From: an uncultured delta proteobacterium
GTDB lineage: Bacteria; Myxococcota; Myxococcia; Myxococcales; Myxococcaceae
Direction: 5' to 3'
Assembly (NCBI GenBank): GCA_963796055.1
Contig: CAWCKH010000002.1
Coordinates: 1 to 64,000, forward strand
DNA: 64,000 bases
Positions within the stretch are counted from its first letter, which is position 1, and each line of letters starts with the position of its first letter. The position numbers were made by a program, and so were the translations under genes. This document shows, in pieces, positions 61,231 through 64,000 of the stretch. The notes under the pieces were generated by a model. It was not told the DNA's origin. It did not search any database and saw only the letters and a program-made list of their open reading frames with translations.

Positions 61231-62760
61231 ATGCTCCGCGGTCCGCTTCTGACGCTCGTCCTCTGCTCGATGTGCATCCTGGGCTGCGGGGCCTCCGCAC
61301 GCGGTCCCGGCGGGCCCGATTCGGGCATCCCACCCGCTGCCTCGCTCAGCGTCTCACCGATGTCCCAGCGGTTGGTCGCCGGCTCGGGTGCGGTGAACCT
61401 CCGTGCGACGCTCCTCGGCGCCACGGCCCCCATCACCTGGGCCCTCTCCGGACCCGGCACGCTCGGGGCCACCAGCGGCGAGCAGACCACCTACACGCCG
61501 CCGGCGACGGTCGATGTCGAGACCGCGGCGACCGTGACGGCCAGCGCCGCTCCCGGGCTCAGCGCAGCGGTGAGCATCACCGTGGTGCCGCCGGCGGAGA
61601 TCACGGTCGCCGGCCGGGTCCTGGGAGTCCCGGGCAACCCGCTCGCTGGCATGACCGTGGCCATCGGCACCAAGACCACGCTGACCGATGCCGATGGCCA
61701 CTTCTCCATCTCCGGGGTCACTCCACCCTACGATCTGGCCCTCGCCGCTCCCGGGGACCCACCAATGGCCGGCCTGTACCGGGGCCTCACCCGGCCCGAT
61801 CCGACCCTGGTCTTCGTGTTCTTCGACGGTCTGGGCACTCCCCACTCCGGGGTCGTCTCCGGCATCGTCTCCGGCGGAGACCCGATCCCCGGCGCCGGGG
61901 AGTTCACCGGAGCCGTCTTCGCCTCACCCGAGGCCACCGGACTCGTGACCCTCGACTCGAAGGATTTCACCCTCCCTCTCGCGTGGTTCGGGCCCACCAC
62001 CACCATCGGGACGGTCCACTTGCTCCAGTGGAAGAGCCCCGAGCGCGGCGCGCCACCCACTGCCTATACCGCCTTCGGGACGGTCACCGCGTTGCGGGTC
62101 ACCGACGGCGAAACCGCCTCCGCGGGGGAGATCCCCCTGTTCGACCCCGGAACGGCGTCGATCTCCGGCGAGGTCGTCGCCCCCGCCGGTGCCACGGTGA
62201 TCTCCAAGGAGCTCGCGCTCGAGTTCGCGGACCACGCGATCCTCCCCCTCGGAGCCGACACCAGTCACGACTCGCACTTCACCTTCCCGGTCCCGGCAAA
62301 CATCACCCTGACCGCGGTGGTGACCGCAGTCGCCGAGTTCTTCGCCACGGGCTCGGCCACCTTCCGCCGTGAGACGGGCATCGCCCGAGGAGCAACGGGC
62401 GTGTCCATCGTCCTTCCGGCACCCGCGTTGCCATCCACCCCTGCCGATGAGAGCACCGACGTCTCACCCTCCACCGAGTTCCGATGGAGCCTGGTCCCCG
62501 GCGGGGTGCATCTGATCCTCTTCAATGGGACGGGGACGAAGCCGAGCTACTACGTGGTGACGGCAGAGACCTCCACCCGGATTCTTGATCTCACCGCGCT
62601 GGGGGCTGCGCTCCCGTCGACCTCCCGGTACGCATGGTTCGTCGTGCGGTACGCCCCGTTCGCCAGCGTGGACGAGTACACGGGAATGGGTTCCCTGCTG
62701 CCTCCGGTCGGGACCCTCGAAGGATCGATCAGCATTCCGCGCGGGTTCACCACCCGGTAG
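61231..62760 (+). CDS. Lipoprotein with Ig-like / carboxypeptidase regulatory-like domains
   Basis: ILGC lipobox; VAGRV...TDADGHFSISGV; Thr/Val/Pro-rich beta composition. Confidence 0.7.
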   Translation: MLRGPLLTLVLCSMCILGCGASARGPGGPDSGIPPAASLSVSPMSQRLVAGSGAVNLRATLLGATAPITWALSGPGTLGATSGEQTTYTPPATVDVETAATVTASAAPGLSAAVSITVVPPAEITVAGRVLGVPGNPLAGMTVAIGTKTTLTDADGHFSISGVTPPYDLALAAPGDPPMAGLYRGLTRPDPTLVFVFFDGLGTPHSGVVSGIVSGGDPIPGAGEFTGAVFASPEATGLVTLDSKDFTLPLAWFGPTTTIGTVHLLQWKSPERGAPPTAYTAFGTVTALRVTDGETASAGEIPLFDPGTASISGEVVAPAGATVISKELALEFADHAILPLGADTSHDSHFTFPVPANITLTAVVTAVAEFFATGSATFRRETGIARGATGVSIVLPAPALPSTPADESTDVSPSTEFRWSLVPGGVHLILFNGTGTKPSYYVVTAETSTRILDLTALGAALPSTSRYAWFVVRYAPFASVDEYTGMGSLLPPVGTLEGSISIPRGFTTR

Positions 62761-62783
62761 GCGCCGCGCGCGCCAGCCCCCGC

Positions 62784-63491
62784 TCAGGGATGCTTCTGCA
62801 AGAAGCGGTCGATGGCGTCCTTCTTCTCCGTCGCCTTGCCGGTCTGGAACTGGGTGTCGGTGATGCGCACCTGACGCCCGGCCTGCAGCTCGACGAAGCG
62901 CCGCTCCCACTCCTCGGCCGTGACCTCGCTGGGCCCCGGCACCTCGACCCGCGGTCCCTTCGGCGGCGGCGGCTTGGCCGCCTTCTTCACCTGCGCGTTC
63001 ACCGCCACCCGGCCCTCGGCCACCCGGACCACCGTCTCGCGGATCTTCGGCGGCCGCGTCCCGGCGATGAGCGGGGTGGCGTCCACGCGGAAGATGGTGC
63101 CTCGTACCCCGGCCACCGCCCGGGCGGCGCTCACCTCGAAGGTCGAGTCGCTGCCGGCGATGGCCTTCTTCACCTTCGCCCAGACCCCGCCCACCAGGAG
63201 CTTCAAGGACACCCGGCTCCGCTCCTGCGCCTGGAACTCCACCCGCTCGATGACCAGCTCGCTGTCCGGGCCGAGCACCACCACGCTCTGGTCGGTCAGG
63301 GTGAGCTTCACGTTGCCCGCCGCGCCGGTGCGCAAGGTGTCGTCGAGGTCGACCTCGGCCCCCTGCGCCAGCGGCTCCTCGGCGCCGCCCTTCGGCGTCC
63401 GGAAGGCCGGTCCCTCGACCACGGTGATGGTGCCCACCGCGGCCAGCGCCGTGGAGGCCGAGACCAGAGCCACGAGAATCGCCGGGCGCAT
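62784..63491 (-). CDS. FecR-domain secreted protein
   Basis: Signal peptide, DTLRTG, AVAGVRGTIFRVD, VAEGRV. Confidence 0.8.
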   Translation of the reverse strand: MRPAILVALVSASTALAAVGTITVVEGPAFRTPKGGAEEPLAQGAEVDLDDTLRTGAAGNVKLTLTDQSVVVLGPDSELVIERVEFQAQERSRVSLKLLVGGVWAKVKKAIAGSDSTFEVSAARAVAGVRGTIFRVDATPLIAGTRPPKIRETVVRVAEGRVAVNAQVKKAAKPPPPKGPRVEVPGPSEVTAEEWERRFVELQAGRQVRITDTQFQTGKATEKKDAIDRFLQKHP

Positions 63492-64000
63492 CACTTGCCG
63501 AGCTTGACCTCGAGCGCGTTGCCCGAGACGCCGGTCACCTGCACCTTCTTCTTCCCCAGCGACTTGCCGTCGATCTGTTCCGCCAGACGCTCCGCCGTGC
63601 CCAGGTACGTCACCTCGAGCTTCCCGGTGCCACCGGCCAGCGATGGTGAGCCCACCTGGCGCACGCCGGCGCTCCACACCGGGAGCTGCTGGCGGAAGGC
63701 CTGCAGGGTGGAGAAGTCGATCGCGTTCTGCACCTCCACCACGATGCGGGCGCCGCTCTGCTCGGAGGCACGGAGCGACTCGATGACCGCCTTCCGCACC
63801 TGGCCGGTGATCTCCCCCTCGTGGCCCTTGACGAGGTTGTAGGCGCTCTCCTGGCGGGAGTTGACGCTGACGTTGGACATCTCGCTGTGCAGCTTCCCCG
63901 ACACCTTGGCCAGCTGCGCCCCGGCCGAGGTCTCGAAGACCCCCAGGTCGTAGTCGCCGGTGAGCGGGAAGGCCTCCCGCTGCTTGCCCTCCTGGACCAG
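63491..64000 (-). CDS. Hypothetical protein, C-terminal part (truncated by the window edge)
   Basis: Frame open from 64000 to the stop at 63491, which overlaps the FecR gene start. Confidence 0.7.
   Translation of the reverse strand: MVQEGKQREAFPLTGDYDLGVFETSAGAQLAKVSGKLHSEMSNVSVNSRQESAYNLVKGHEGEITGQVRKAVIESLRASEQSGARIVVEVQNAIDFSTLQAFRQQLPVWSAGVRQVGSPSLAGGTGKLEVTYLGTAERLAEQIDGKSLGKKKVQVTGVSGNALEVKLGK

Overview
High-GC window that looks like a myxobacterial (Myxococcales) chromosome; supporting signs are the ftsB-dmxA-like pair, an ATC-start infC with a C-terminal extension, and many lipoproteins. It holds about 55 CDS, including the GlgE alpha-glucan pathway (glgE-treS-maltokinase-glgB), a Kef-type antiporter, pfkA, an SPFH pair, a putative BstABC-like lipid/sterol transport trio, an IorAB-type molybdoenzyme with a cytochrome c, and the conserved tRNA-Val-thrS-infC-rpmI-rplT-pheS-pheT-ihfA-tRNA-Pro cluster. 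The strongest signal is an IS1111-group (IS110 family) element inserted exactly at the pheS stop codon. Its downstream non-coding region folds into a two-loop bridge/seekRNA with guide segments matching both the pheS 3' end and the element's own circle junction. Other unexplained signals: two copies of a 22-bp inverted-repeat cassette with unrelated spacers 54 kb apart, a 430-bp nested palindrome, two paralogous sigma54-type small membrane-protein genes flanking thrS, and a small lipopeptide + ferritin-like enzyme + EamA cassette. All calls come from reading the sequence by eye; no searches or folding programs were run, and several start codons are estimates.
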